Shown here: positions 42,860 through 54,726 of the stretch, in pieces
Numbering within the stretch: the stretch's first letter is position 1
Layout of the letters: every line of letters starts with the position of its first letter
Source: Eledone cirrhosa
Lineage: Eukaryota
Length of the DNA stretch: 64,000 nt
Direction of reading: 5' to 3'
Assembly: GCA_964016885.1 (NCBI GenBank)
Contig: OZ024740.1
Coordinates: 269,452,001-269,516,000, forward strand
Made by a program: the position numbers and the translations under genes
Notes under the pieces: model-generated
What the model was told of the DNA's origin: nothing
The model's database searches: none
Seen by the model: only the letters and a program-made list of their open reading frames with translations

Positions 42860-44040
42860 GTGTTCCGATTAGCAGAAAGGTTGCGCCCCATTGACGCTCA
42901 CCCTCGCTCTTCCTCCCGAGGAACTGTTTCGCCCTCCCCAAACTCACATTCATGCTGCGCGGTGCACTTTTCCCCCCACCCTACACACGCAGATCTCGGG
43001 GAATTAGACGCCCACCATTCGACACTGTGGGGAACTCATCTGCAATGTCAGTTTCGACAGCGTAGGCTGGCAACAGGCGACACACCCAGCGAGGTTCGGT
43101 GGCCTCGGCCTCTATCTACTCCTGTCGCGTTCTCGTCATCGAGGTTCTCAGCCAGACAGACGAACCTGGCCTGACACCCGAGATGGAACAAGCTCTAACC
43201 TACTGGACAGGCGAAGGCCTCTCTATCCCCCAGTATACCATGGTCCAACGTAACTGGGACCACATCAATTGCAGGTCCTCTGTTAGGCGAATCGAGTCTG
43301 GCTTGGACCAACACTATCTCGTCTACCTCCGCTCCGCTTCTCAGCCCAACAGTGGCGCGTGGCTCAATTCGGTGTTCTCCTCATCAACCGGTACCTTACT
43401 TGATGATGAGTACACTCGCATTGGAGTAGCTCAGCGCCTTCACCTCCGCGTGTGTGAGCCACATAAATGTCGCTGCGGGGCGGTTGTTGACAAGTTCGGC
43501 CTGCACCGTTTGTCTTGCCACCAGAGGGCAAGCTGGTTCCCACAACACGCCGTTCTCAACGACATATTGAGAAGAAGCCAGGACGCAGCTGGCTTTCCAT
43601 CTCAACTGGAGCCAGCAGGCCTAGATCGCGGAGATGGCAAGCGCCCCGAGAAATCCCCCTCTTCCCATTCGAAGGAGGTAGATCTTTCTTATCTGGGACG
43701 CCACCTGCTGCGACACGTTCTTCGCCTCCAACTTAGTCGCTTCGGCCACAAACCCCGGCATCGCAGCCCGCCTCGCAGAAGAACCTAAAATAAACAAATA
43801 TCGGGGGTTGTCCTGCCGCTTCCTCTTCGCACCGGTCGCCGTCAGACCTCCGGCGTTCTTGGGACCCCGTACTTCCCACATCCTCCACAATAATCGGAGC
43901 GTCGGTGGCCCGTCTGAGGAGGGAGCTCCGTGAGGTTGGCTGGCTGTTGCAGGAGGTGTCACTGGCCATAGTCTGGGGGAATGCTTTGCCCTCTTGCCCT
44001 AGGACCAAAGCCCAATCAACCTCCCCTCTCACCGTCCCCT
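42860..44040 (+). pseudogene. Decayed CRE-like non-LTR retrotransposon C-terminus (zinc finger and restriction-like endonuclease)
   Basis: Motifs SGAWL, CRCGAVVDKFGLH..SC, HAVLNDILRR, LEPAGLDRGDGKRP, WDATC, EVSLAIVWGNA; frameshifted. Confidence 0.75.
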
Positions 44041-44294
44041 CTCTTCTGCAACACCAAAGGTTTGCCATCCCCTCCTCTTCCCGTTTTTTTTCTTCTTTCT
44101 CTCTCTACATATTTCCCCATTCTTTCTTACCTTTTGCAACCCCCCCCCCCTTTTTTTTCTTACTAAATTTTATTTTAATAATTTTGATGTTGTAGATGAA
44201 CATATATAATGTGATATATTGTTATGGCTGATGTATATAAATATATATTCATATTTCTAAACCATTTCATAGAAATTACTCTCTTTGTGAGACT

Positions 44295-44770
44295 AAATAA
44301 TGGGTTCTTATATAGGCACAAGGTCAGCAATTTTGGCGGAGGGGAAAGTCGATTAAATCGACACCAGTGCGTGACTGGTACTTTATTTTATCGACCCCGT
44401 AAGGATGAAAGGCAAAGTTAACCTCGGCGGGATTTGAACTCAGATCATAAAGGACCGTAACTCTATGCTGCAAAGCATGGCGTCCGGCCCGCTACCGACA
44501 CTGCCAATCCACCGCCCTTGTTAGACCAAATAATTATTTCTACTTTTGGCACCAGGCCAGCAATTATCCCAGTGCATTCCAAATAATAATTTCTAATATA
44601 GCCACAAGGCCAGTAGTTTGCGGGGAGGCGAAAGTCGATTAAATCGACCCCATAAGGATGAAAGGCAAAGTTAGCCTCGGCGGGATTTGAACTCAGATCA
44701 TAAAGGGACGTAACTATATGTTGCAAAGCATGGCGCCCGACCCTTTACCCATACTGCCAATCCACCGCCC
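44295..44770 (-). mobile_element. Two to three tandem Meta-type SINEs
   Basis: Same family as 23219-23404, reverse orientation. Confidence 0.8.
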
Positions 44771-44949
44771 TACAGAAAAGTAAATAGTTTGAAAGTTGCA
44801 TCCCTGAATATAATTTCTGACGGATTTTTCCAGAGAGTATATTTTGAATTTCAATTTTGTATGCTATATAGCTATGTTTTTGTGTACAAAGTATTTCTTT
44901 TTCTTTTTTTTTTGTGGGGACGTGGGATTTCTGAGTCGATTGGTATAAG

Positions 44950-45113
44950 AACGTTTTCGCAATAATGACCGTACTAGAGCTGATATCGTATATCAGTAGA
45001 GGCCAGAGAAGCTTTGGGATCAACATGAAGTTACGGGTCGAAACAACTGCTGTAGAGGTGTTTTTTCTCTGAAGACCTACTGTCCAGCTCTCCTCCTGAG
45101 AGTTTCTTCCCAC
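44950..45113 (-). pseudogene. Short fragment of a HERO/NeSL-like non-LTR RT
   Basis: PKLLWPLLIYDISSSTV resembles the post-RT motif of RLE-type elements. Confidence 0.4.
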
Positions 45114-45855
45114 TATGTGTATAAATATATTTTGTCTACATTTAATGTTTTATTGCTTTTGTAATTACACATTAATCCTTAAAAATCTAAAGCAGTTGTA
45201 TTTCAAATTTTTAGAAAGCGTAACAGTATAATGCCAATCCATTCAGTATTGAATACAAAAATACTTTCGATATTCCATTAACAGATCTGCCAACGTCTAA
45301 AAACACAAACGGGGTGTACCATGAAAAAAACGAGGAGAAATGAGGCAAAATAGAAAGATTTTAAATAATGAAAACTATACCTATTTTCACAAAAGGAGAC
45401 ATCTCTCACCCACTGAAAAGTGGGTGGGAAATCTCCCCGTCGGACGGGGAGAGTTAACAGGTCTGCATTTATTTACATGTATTACTCATTGAAAGTCATT
45501 GAATATATCACTTATTGGTCTGGTCAAGTTTGGTCTGGTTAGGAGGTAGGACAATTGACCGTGACCTTCTTAGGCTCTCCTTAAGCTGTGATATAACACC
45601 AAATTAATAGGTTGTCCCCGAATCGAATTGGTCCACTATTTTCTATTTCCTATCTTCTATTTTTTGTAACTACTATTTTCTAATTTATGTTTGGGTTCAA
45701 CGCAATCCTATTACATAATTCTGCAAATAACACCTGATGAAATCGCCTAGTCTACATCATAATTGGATGATTGAGCTGGGCCATCTAACTATATATAATG
45801 CTTTCGCGGAATTAAAATTCTAAAGTTAATTTCCCAGTCCGGCCTTCTTTTGATT

Positions 45856-45948
<93 letters not shown>

Positions 45949-45969
45949 ATTAACTCGGTTTTCTCATTA

Positions 45970-46017
<48 letters not shown>

Positions 46018-46034
46018 GAGAAAACTGAGTTAAT

Positions 46035-46086
<52 letters not shown>

Positions 46087-46708
46087 GAGAAAACCGAGTT
46101 AATTACTCACGTTAATGCCCTGAAATTAATGAGCTCAAAGTAAGAGAACTGGGCTCGTTATAATACATAGAAATGAACACACAAAAAAGTATGTTTTGAA
46201 TTACGAGGGTTGAAAACCACATAATAACCGGAAAGAGCTAATTAAAATGAATAGACCATTTCAATAACTATTAGTCTCCTGGACAAACTATTAAGAGTTT
46301 GGTTCGCCGAAAGTGACTGTGTAAAAAATTTCCAGGGCTTGTCAGCAGGAGAAGAGTATATGAACAGCACTGCTAGATAAAAATCAGGTAACTAAATATC
46401 GTACGTGGTATGGAAAGAGACGCGATAGACAGCAAATAGTGGAATGAGTGAATCGTACAAACGCTATATATATATATAGTCATTATATTGATGTTTTCTC
46501 CATCTTCACTGCATGTTAACATGCTAATAAAAATAACCATGTTAGCGTGCGTTGTAGATTATCGAAATATGCACTAACGTCTATATTCTTATTTCACTAT
46601 AAATCAATCTTAAAAGTTGGTGTCGACTATAATCACAACCATGAAAATATTTTAAATTATTATTTAGCAAGTGCAAGGCTTCTAACACGTTCATTAAAAT
46701 ATATAACG

Positions 46709-46754
<46 letters not shown>

Positions 46755-46759
46755 TATAT

Positions 46760-46910
46760 TAATGATTTCTAATATAGGCATAAGGCCAGTAATTTAGGGG
46801 GAGAGGAAAGTCGATTAAATCGACCTGAGTAGTGTTACTGGTATTTTATTTTATCGACCCCGGAAGGATAAAAGGCACAGTTAACCTCGGCGGGATTTGA
46901 ACTCAGACCG
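46760..46910 (-). mobile_element. Meta-type SINE, partial
   Basis: Family core and B box present. Confidence 0.75.
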
Positions 46911-46989
46911 TATATTCATATATTAATGAAAATATTTTATTCCAAGAAGGAATAACAAAGTAATTATACAACTTTATTTTTCATCTCAA

Positions 46990-48350
46990 ATTACTATCCA
47001 ACCAGTAAGAATCTGCCACAATTTCTTTGCACTTCGGGACAAAATTCCTTCCACTTCGGGATACAAATTCTCAACAACTGCTCAGATTTATTTTTTCTGT
47101 CCATTTATACGAAAATATCGCCAAACACTTTAATCATCCTTGTGTCATTTTAAACTGAAAATGTCTTTAATCATTTTGCAAGAGAAATGTTCGTTCAGTC
47201 GTAGCAGATGTTGCAGAAATTACCTGTAAAAGTTCGCCAAGTTTACAAATCAGCAGTCTTTCATGAATTTGTTCTTCAATGTCAGCCAAATGCCGAAACT
47301 CAAGCCTTCAGATAATTAATGAGAATGTAACAAGCGTATCTTTCTTCAGTAGAGTTTATTTCTGATAAAGTATTCTCTTTGTTGAATGCCTTTAAAGGCA
47401 ACGTCTGCCGACTTAAATAAAACTTGTAACTCACCTGAACAAAGCCTTGGTTGTTAGCAAAGATATTTAAGACCATGATGGCCTTCACTAAAATTTAAAT
47501 TCTTTCATATTCATTTTAATTTTTTAGGAGACCATCACTTATGAAAACTGTTCTGATTTGTAATGGTTTAACTTTGCCTTCCGAGTGATATAACCATCTT
47601 CTTCTCTTCTTCTCTTCTTCTTGAGTCATCTCTCCTTCGAATGTGAAGCATTTTTGCTTCTTCTAATAGCTAGATGGGGCTTCGGTCAGGAAACGAACCC
47701 GGATCGCACGGGTGGGAAGCGAGTATTCTACTACTGAAAAATAATCATATAGTGCATGAAATGAAACTTTATTCTTCATAGCTTTCAAAGCTTCTTTACT
47801 AATTTCGGAAATACTCTGTCCTTCTATTGGCATTTTAGTTGTTTATCGATATTTTGATAAATTATATGTTGTTAAAGTGCCGACCAAAATTCATAAAAGA
47901 AAATACTTCAATTTGAGCCCTGTATCCAATTATACGACACATCAGCATTCAACCGAGATAGTGCCCATTATTGTTAACACTAAGACTGAATAATTATCAA
48001 GAATACATTGAGAGCAAGCAGAACATGCTGTCAATCTAGGTATACTTAAAGATGCCACAGGCAGTAATTTGCTTTCCAAATCTTTAATGTTTTTTTTCAA
48101 CTAGGCAAGTTCTTTTTCTTTGGTAAATCTTTGATTAGAGCAGCAGTCTCCTTACTATTGCTCTTCACCTCAGATAGTATCTTGTATTTCATGTAACAGT
48201 TTTCTTGTCACACATACTTAACAAATGTGTTTAACAAAGTTTTGCTAAAGCCCTTGGCTGAAGTTCTTCAAATGCTTCGCCACTTCAAATTTGTTCTCCA
48301 AAATGTTGCTGTTTCCGACAAAGCATACGTCTCCACTGTTGCATAAATAT
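46990..48350 (-). pseudogene. Decayed hAT transposase remnant
   Basis: Minus-strand translation around 47186-47226 gives QVISATSATTERTF, followed by MTQG-LKCLAI, matching the hAT C-terminal dimerisation motif. Boundaries are uncertain. Confidence 0.5.
47679..47737 (-). pseudogene. Truncated tRNA-Gly-like sequence (pseudogene or SINE head)
   Basis: TCAGTAGTAGAATACTCGCTTCCCACCCGTGCGATCCGGGTTCGTTTCCTGACCGAAGC resembles eukaryotic tRNA-Gly but lacks the 5' acceptor strand. Confidence 0.55.
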
Positions 48351-48399
48351 TATTGCAATCTTGTATAAGAGGTTTGACAATTTAATATATTAGTGAAGG

Positions 48400-49620
48400 T
48401 ATTATGTCTGATAGTTAGGTTAGTTAGTTTGGTCCTCCCATTCTACGTGGAAGATTGGGCAGCATGAAAATATCTCAATCTTCTACGGTTTTCTGCAAGA
48501 GATTTGGCATCCCCCACCACTCAACTCTTCCACATCTAGATCCTTCAGGGCTGTCTTCGTCTATGTTGTTAATTGGCGTCTACGTTTCCGTTTTCCACCT
48601 TCTTGCTTTCATTCAAGGGAGAGCCTTGCATGTCTTGTTGATGGCATTTTAAAGACATGTCTAAGAAACCTCAGTCAACAATCTTTCCCTGAGATGCTTA
48701 GTGGTTTCTTCTTGGTTCTCCCATAGACTTCTTCATTGGTTATTTTGCTTTGCCAAGAGATGTTAAAAACTTTTCTGAGGAACCTCTGGTAGAATACATC
48801 TAGCATGTGGGCAAGTCCTGCTGTCATCTTCTACGTTTCACTGGCATAAGTGGCAACTGGAATGACCAGAGAATTGTACAAATGTATCTCACATGTTAGA
48901 CTTATAGAAGGGAAAACCGTGTATTGACCAGATTCTAACTTTTAGGAACACCATTCAACAGAGTATGAAGTTAAACAAAAAACTTCACACCAACTTCATC
49001 GATTTGGAGAAGGCCAAGGGCAGTATATACACAGAGAGACTGTTTCGAAAATAGCCGGGATCTATGGAATTCCTCAAAAGCTTATTAACATCTTTAAGAG
49101 CCTATACAGGAATCCATACTGCTGCATCATAATTAGTAGTGGCTATACAGAGTTCTTCGTTATAGTTTCAGGAGTGCGCCAAGGCTACATATTATCTCTT
49201 CGAGTGTTTCTACTTGGAATTGATTTTTTTATGCGAAAGGCCACAAACGACCCACATCGTGGTTGACTGACCTGGACTTTGAAGATGACATTGCTCTACT
49301 CGGCGCATCAAAACAGTCACTGCAGACGTTGCCGACAACTCGGCAATTAATGCTGCTAAAGTTGGGCTAAGAATCAGCCCAGAAAAGATGAAGGTTATGT
49401 TAGTGAAGGAAGAAAACCTTATCAACACACAACTAAATAACATACGTGTAGACGAGGTTGAGAGTTTCACTTACCTGGGTAGCAGCATTTCTAAAAAGGG
49501 TGACACAGGGTAAGACATGCTGAGCAGAATTGGAAAAAACGGCTGTCTTTTAAAGCCTTAGAAACACTGGTAATCTAATCAGATGACTCTAAAATGCAAG
49601 ATAGCTTTGGTCAATTCTCT
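48400..49620. pseudogene. Decayed RTE fragments in inverted arrangement (C-terminal part minus 48400-48905; RT part plus 48910-49620)
   Basis: Plus strand FIDLEKA, GVRQG, EDDIALL, FTYLGS; minus strand GKRKRRRPI-type C-terminus. Confidence 0.65.
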
Positions 49621-50113
49621 GACCATCCCAGTTATCACCTCTTTCAATATGTCTGATAAGCAATACAAAATCCAAGATATCCTTATAATCACCAAACATT
49701 TGTTGTTCCAACGGACACGTAAACTAAATTGGGCTTTCTTCAATGAATTGGTGTATGCGACAGCAATAATTTGAAATTAAAATAGAAACCCACAAAAAAC
49801 AAGTTTGTATCTATTTCACTAAGAAACCCCTTAAACAGTCTGCTATTATAGAACATAATTTAAAGAGACAAGAAAAATTGAACCGTTTATTGATTGCTAT
49901 CGCTGGGAATTCTCGAAATTACTAGTTATTTTTTTAAAAACCAAACATATTCCTCATAAACTTAACTTGCCAATTTATGATTTGAACACTCTCAAATCTA
50001 TATTGTCATATATGTGCACATAAGTAACTTCTAAAACACAATATATTACCCACTCTACTACCCTAAGTATCGAGTACTCTGGTCTATCTGGTTTCTTACC
50101 ATACTTTCTTTGT

Positions 50114-50128
<15 letters not shown>

Positions 50129-50176
<48 letters not shown>

Positions 50177-53100
50177 CTTTCTTTATTAACCACAAGGGTT
50201 TACATGAAGTAGACATTAAGGACAGTACAGGACAATACAGGACGGTACAAATGGTCATTTCTGCGTGTAAAAAAAACAGGATGTAATAAAAATAACAATG
50301 AAAACTTCCCCAATAGGGGGAAGGCTTCCGAAGGACATTTGTGGAGAAAGCCCATTAAAAGGCCACAGTGACCCAGACCACCAGGGCAAGTGCCCTCTCC
50401 CAGTTTTCCACCTTTAATTTAAAGACACATACTCAGAATAGTCCCATTCACTCGGGCCATACTTGCTTCTCTCACCCACCTTTCAACAAAATGCTGGGAA
50501 GACATCACTTCCCTCTCTACCCTGATTTTCCTTTTCAAATGAAATTTGAAAAAGTTAATCAGGGCATCACCGAAGAGGTAAGTGATCGTCTTCAGCCCTT
50601 TCAAACGTGTCCACCATACTATCTCTTTCGCCATGGCCACCAGACAGATAAAAACTGCCTGCCCTTCCCGGCTAGAGGAAGAGGGCGGGGCAATCCTCAC
50701 GATGGACTCAGCTGATAGCTGTATCCGTCCTACACGTAACAGCAGGTGTTCGACATAAACCCACAAGTCAGCAATGCTCGGACACTGGACGAGTGCGTGC
50801 AGGACGGTTTCGTCACCCTGCACGCATCTCGGACATGCCCGGCTGACGGCACCCCCATGCCTGTAGAGTTTATCCCGAACTGGCAAAGCTCCTCGGTAGC
50901 ACCGCCAGGCCAGGGATTTCTGGAAGTTGTCCATAGGCCCCGGCCCGAAAGTCCTTCCTAAGAGATTGGCTAGTTGATTTTCGTCGACGCCTAGAGTTTC
51001 TCCAAGTACGTCGTCGCTCTTCCCCTCCACTAATCCTGTATAGAACGCCAAGGTGGAGTTTCCAACGATCACATTGCCCGATTGGTCGAGGGCTGTGAGC
51101 GCCTGAAGACATTCCAGTCTCCAAGCGCCTCTCTCGGTCTTCGCTTGACCCATGACTGCAGCTCCGTCAAGGGGACGAGCTGGGGAAAGACGCGTCTAGC
51201 AAACGGAGACAACACCTGATCACCGTCGAGGAAGAGGTGGAGATGTCGTAGCCGGAGCGCGTGTCTGCGCATCATCAGCCACGGCATGTCCAGCCCTCCA
51301 CATAGCGGGTGTTGACAGCAGATGGACCGCCTGACCATCGGATCACGTCCCTTCCACAAAAAGCGAAAGAGCAAACGCTCCAGCACAGTCACGCGAGGCT
51401 TAGGACAAGGCCCGATGGTCAGGCGGCAGTAGATGACGGACGCGATGTACGCATTCGCCACCTCCGCTCGACCTTTCAGGGATAGCTTCCTCTCTGCCCA
51501 TTTCTGAGTGAGAGAAGTCACTCTGCTCGTCACCTCGTCCCAGTTTTTGCCCGTCTGGAGGTCCGGACAGAACCAGACCCCTAACAATTTAACCGGTCCG
51601 TCCGTCCAGTGCCCGACGACGCTGTTGGACGGCATGGACATGCCTCTCCAGATGCCGAGCTGCAGGCCCACCGACTTTTCCTGGTTGATCATTGCTCCTG
51701 TCACCGATTCGTATTCTCTTATTGTGGTACTGATCGCCTCAATGTGTTTGGCGTTCGACACCACTACGGTGGCATCGTCCGCATATGCTGACACGGATCT
51801 TCTGCATCCAGTTGGCGCGGAACCCCCCTCAACGTCTCCAGTTTGTGCAGTAATGGCTCGAGAGTCAATACGTACAAGAGGAACGAGAGGGGACATCCTT
51901 GGCGGACCGAGCGCATGATGTTGAACGGTTCCGAAATGTGACCGTTCACTTTCACCACAGAGCAGATGTCGCTGTGCATGGCAGCGATCCAGCCTCTGAA
52001 GACAGGCCCAAAGCCAGCCGCCCTCAGGACTGCCACCAGATAACGATGGTCGACCCTATCGAAAGCTTTCGACTGATCTAAATTGATCAAAGACCCACCC
52101 GTGCCAGGTTCCCTAGCTACACTCTCCACGATGTATCGCATGAGGTGGAGGTTGTCGTGAATCGATCTGTTTCGAATGGCGCATGTTTGCGCCTCTCCCA
52201 CTAGACCACCAACGACAAGCGCCAATCTCTTTGCTAGCACCTTGGCCAAGATCTTGAACTCTGTGTTTAGCAGAGTTATGGGCCTGAAATTATCTATATT
52301 ATCCACCTTGTTCGGATCCTTTCTCAGCAGCGCCACCGCTCCTCTGTTGCCAGATGCAGTAGACGTCCGCCAAGAGGCCTCCAAACAAGTCTGGCATCTG
52401 TACGTAAAGTTCATAAGGCAGACCATCCAAACCAGGCGATTTACCCCTTGTGCAGCCAGTCATTGCCTCCCGTTTCTTCAGCGGCTGTTATCGGCTTTTC
52501 GCAACACTCCGCCTCAGTGGCCGAGATCCACAGCAGTCCGCCGAGGTAGACACTAAAGTCCATCCCTCGATCCTGCCCGCCGCTGCCCCCGAACAGCTGA
52601 GCGAAGTGTCGAGTAGCATGCGCCCGTCGTGGTCCACCAAAAACCGGATCGTTGCTTTGTTGCCACGACACGCTTCCGCCACTCGGGCCCATTGAATGGC
52701 TTTCGTGCCCTCGTGTCTGAGAGCACACACCCCAGCTTTGACAACGCAGCCTTCGTGCTTTGCATTGAAGAATTGATAAAGGGCCAATTTCACCGCAAGT
52801 ACGTCGGTCGCGATGCCTTTGCTAAGCGCCTCGTCCAATTTTCTAACTAGTTCTCCCTCTGCTCTATTTTTATCTATTGCAAAAGCCTTACTAAACCTAA
52901 TGCACTCTATTCTAATCGCTCATTTCAGAGCAAACCACCATTTGTTGTTGACGATGGCCCACTTCAACGCCCGCTTAACTAGTTCGCTAATCCGGTCTCT
53001 GTAGGTCTTGCCCGCTGTTAATGATGCGTTTAGCTTCCAGTAGCCGGGTCTTAGTCTATGAAGCTTATCTAAGTCAAGCTCACAGATCACGAATTTGTGG

Positions 53101-54413
53101 TCCGTGTAGCTGACTATCTTGAATTGTGGACAGCCTATGCTAGACCTATCTATTTCTCTACAAAATACTCTATGTAGATATGATCTGGATGACCCGATAC
53201 GGTTTGTCCAAGTCCACATTGGCACATTCGGGAAATCCAATTGGTACCTGTCAGACAGTTCAAAACGCCTGAGCAGGTTGGTGAGGCTCTTGCACCCTCC
53301 TCCCCTATCCGCTAATCCCACATAGTCCCAGCGTGCATCTAAGATCCCGTTCCAGTCGCCCACTAACACTAAAGAGCGGGACGTTCCAAGAAAGGTCTCC
53401 AGACGCCAGAAGAAATCAAGCCGCCCTGCTCCTGTCGTGGCATAGACGGCCACTAGCCTGAAACCTTGCCCGTCTCCGCTGGTCACGTCCAACACCACCA
53501 ACTTACCTTCTGGATCCAGGAAGATGGCTCGTATGGCGAGATCCAAATCTCTCCGAAAAAGCACAGCACCCCCCTCCTCCTGATCCAAGACGGCTGGGAG
53601 ATGCGTACACATCGTAGCGCTCGAAGATCGGTGCGAAGGCCCGTGCTTCGGAGGTTCTGGTCTCGCTAATGGCCACCACATCTATGTTAGTTGAGCAGGT
53701 GGCGCTGCTTCCATGACGACCCCAGGCCATGCGCATTTGTGCTGCCTATTCTGAGTGAGGTCATGTTGAAAAGGAGTGGAAAAATATGGGAAAGAACACT
53801 TACCTCACTTTTCGTAGGGGGGGGGGGAGTTTTTCCATCCTTCTCACTGCTTGTGGCCTCCTCCGGAAGGATGTCCCTATAAATCCTCCTGGAGAGTGTT
53901 TGTTGGAAGTCTCTGACGTCTTTGGGGAATTTTTGTTTTAGTGTCGTGTACGTTTTCTGTGTGTTGCGAGTGATTTGTATGTGTGGAGGTGGTGTGAATT
54001 TTGGGGGTGTTGTGTAGTCTTTTTCTGTGATGCTGGTGTTGTGTTGGATGTAGTGTAGTAATTGGTTGTTGTTCAAATTTAATTGTTTCTACTTTTGGCA
54101 CAAGGCCAGCAATTATCAGTACATTACTGGTACTTTATTTTATCGACCCCGTAAGGATGAAAGGCAAAGTTGACCTCGGCGGCATTTGAACTCAGAATGG
54201 AAAGGGCCGTAACTCTATGCGTCAAAGCATGACGTCCAACGCTCCACCGATACTGCCATTAATGCTGCGTAGTGTGTATCGTTTTGGTTGTTTTGTTTTG
54301 CTTTGTTTGCGTTTGTTGTGGGTTTGTTTCTGTTTCGCTTTTTGGTGACTTTTGTGGTGTTGGTGATGATGGTGTTGGGATTAATGATGGTGATGGTGTT
54401 GGTGTTTGTGGTG
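50129..54413 (-). pseudogene. Older, frameshifted copy of the L1/Tx1-type element, 5'-truncated within ORF1
   Basis: Colinear with 54727-58700; ORF2 is broken into several frames; AATAAA then an (ATT)n tail at 50129-50175. Confidence 0.92.
54079..54258 (-). mobile_element. Meta-type SINE inserted in the ORF1 remnant of the older Tx1 copy
   Basis: Family core present; TTAAT at both junctions. Confidence 0.8.
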
Positions 54414-54465
<52 letters not shown>

Positions 54466-54726
54466 TTTCTTTATTAACCACAAGGGTTTACATAAAGTAG
54501 ACATTAAGGACAGTGTAGGACAATGCAGGACGGTACAAATGGGCATTTCTGCGTGTAAAAAAAACAAAAATAGAGGATGTAACAAAAATAACAATGAAAA
54601 TAACAATGAAAAATTCCCCAATAGGGGGGAGACTTCGGAGGAACATTTGTGGAGAAAGCCCAGTAAAAAGCCACAATGACCCTGACCACCAAGGCAAGTG
54701 CCCTCTCCCAGTTTTCCACCTTTAGT

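Noticed and set aside
45282-45465. hAT-like MITE (CAGATCTGCCAAC / GTTAACAGGTCTG)
   Set aside because: TIR match is short and imperfect and no 8-bp target duplication is visible.
45734-45780. CTGATGA motif as a hammerhead
   Set aside because: No downstream GAAA or stem I; other isolated CTGATGA hits (about 22295, 34785, 41926, 61243) fail the same test.
47679-47737. Functional tRNA-Gly gene
   Set aside because: The 5' acceptor strand is missing and stems are mismatched; kept only as a pseudogene.
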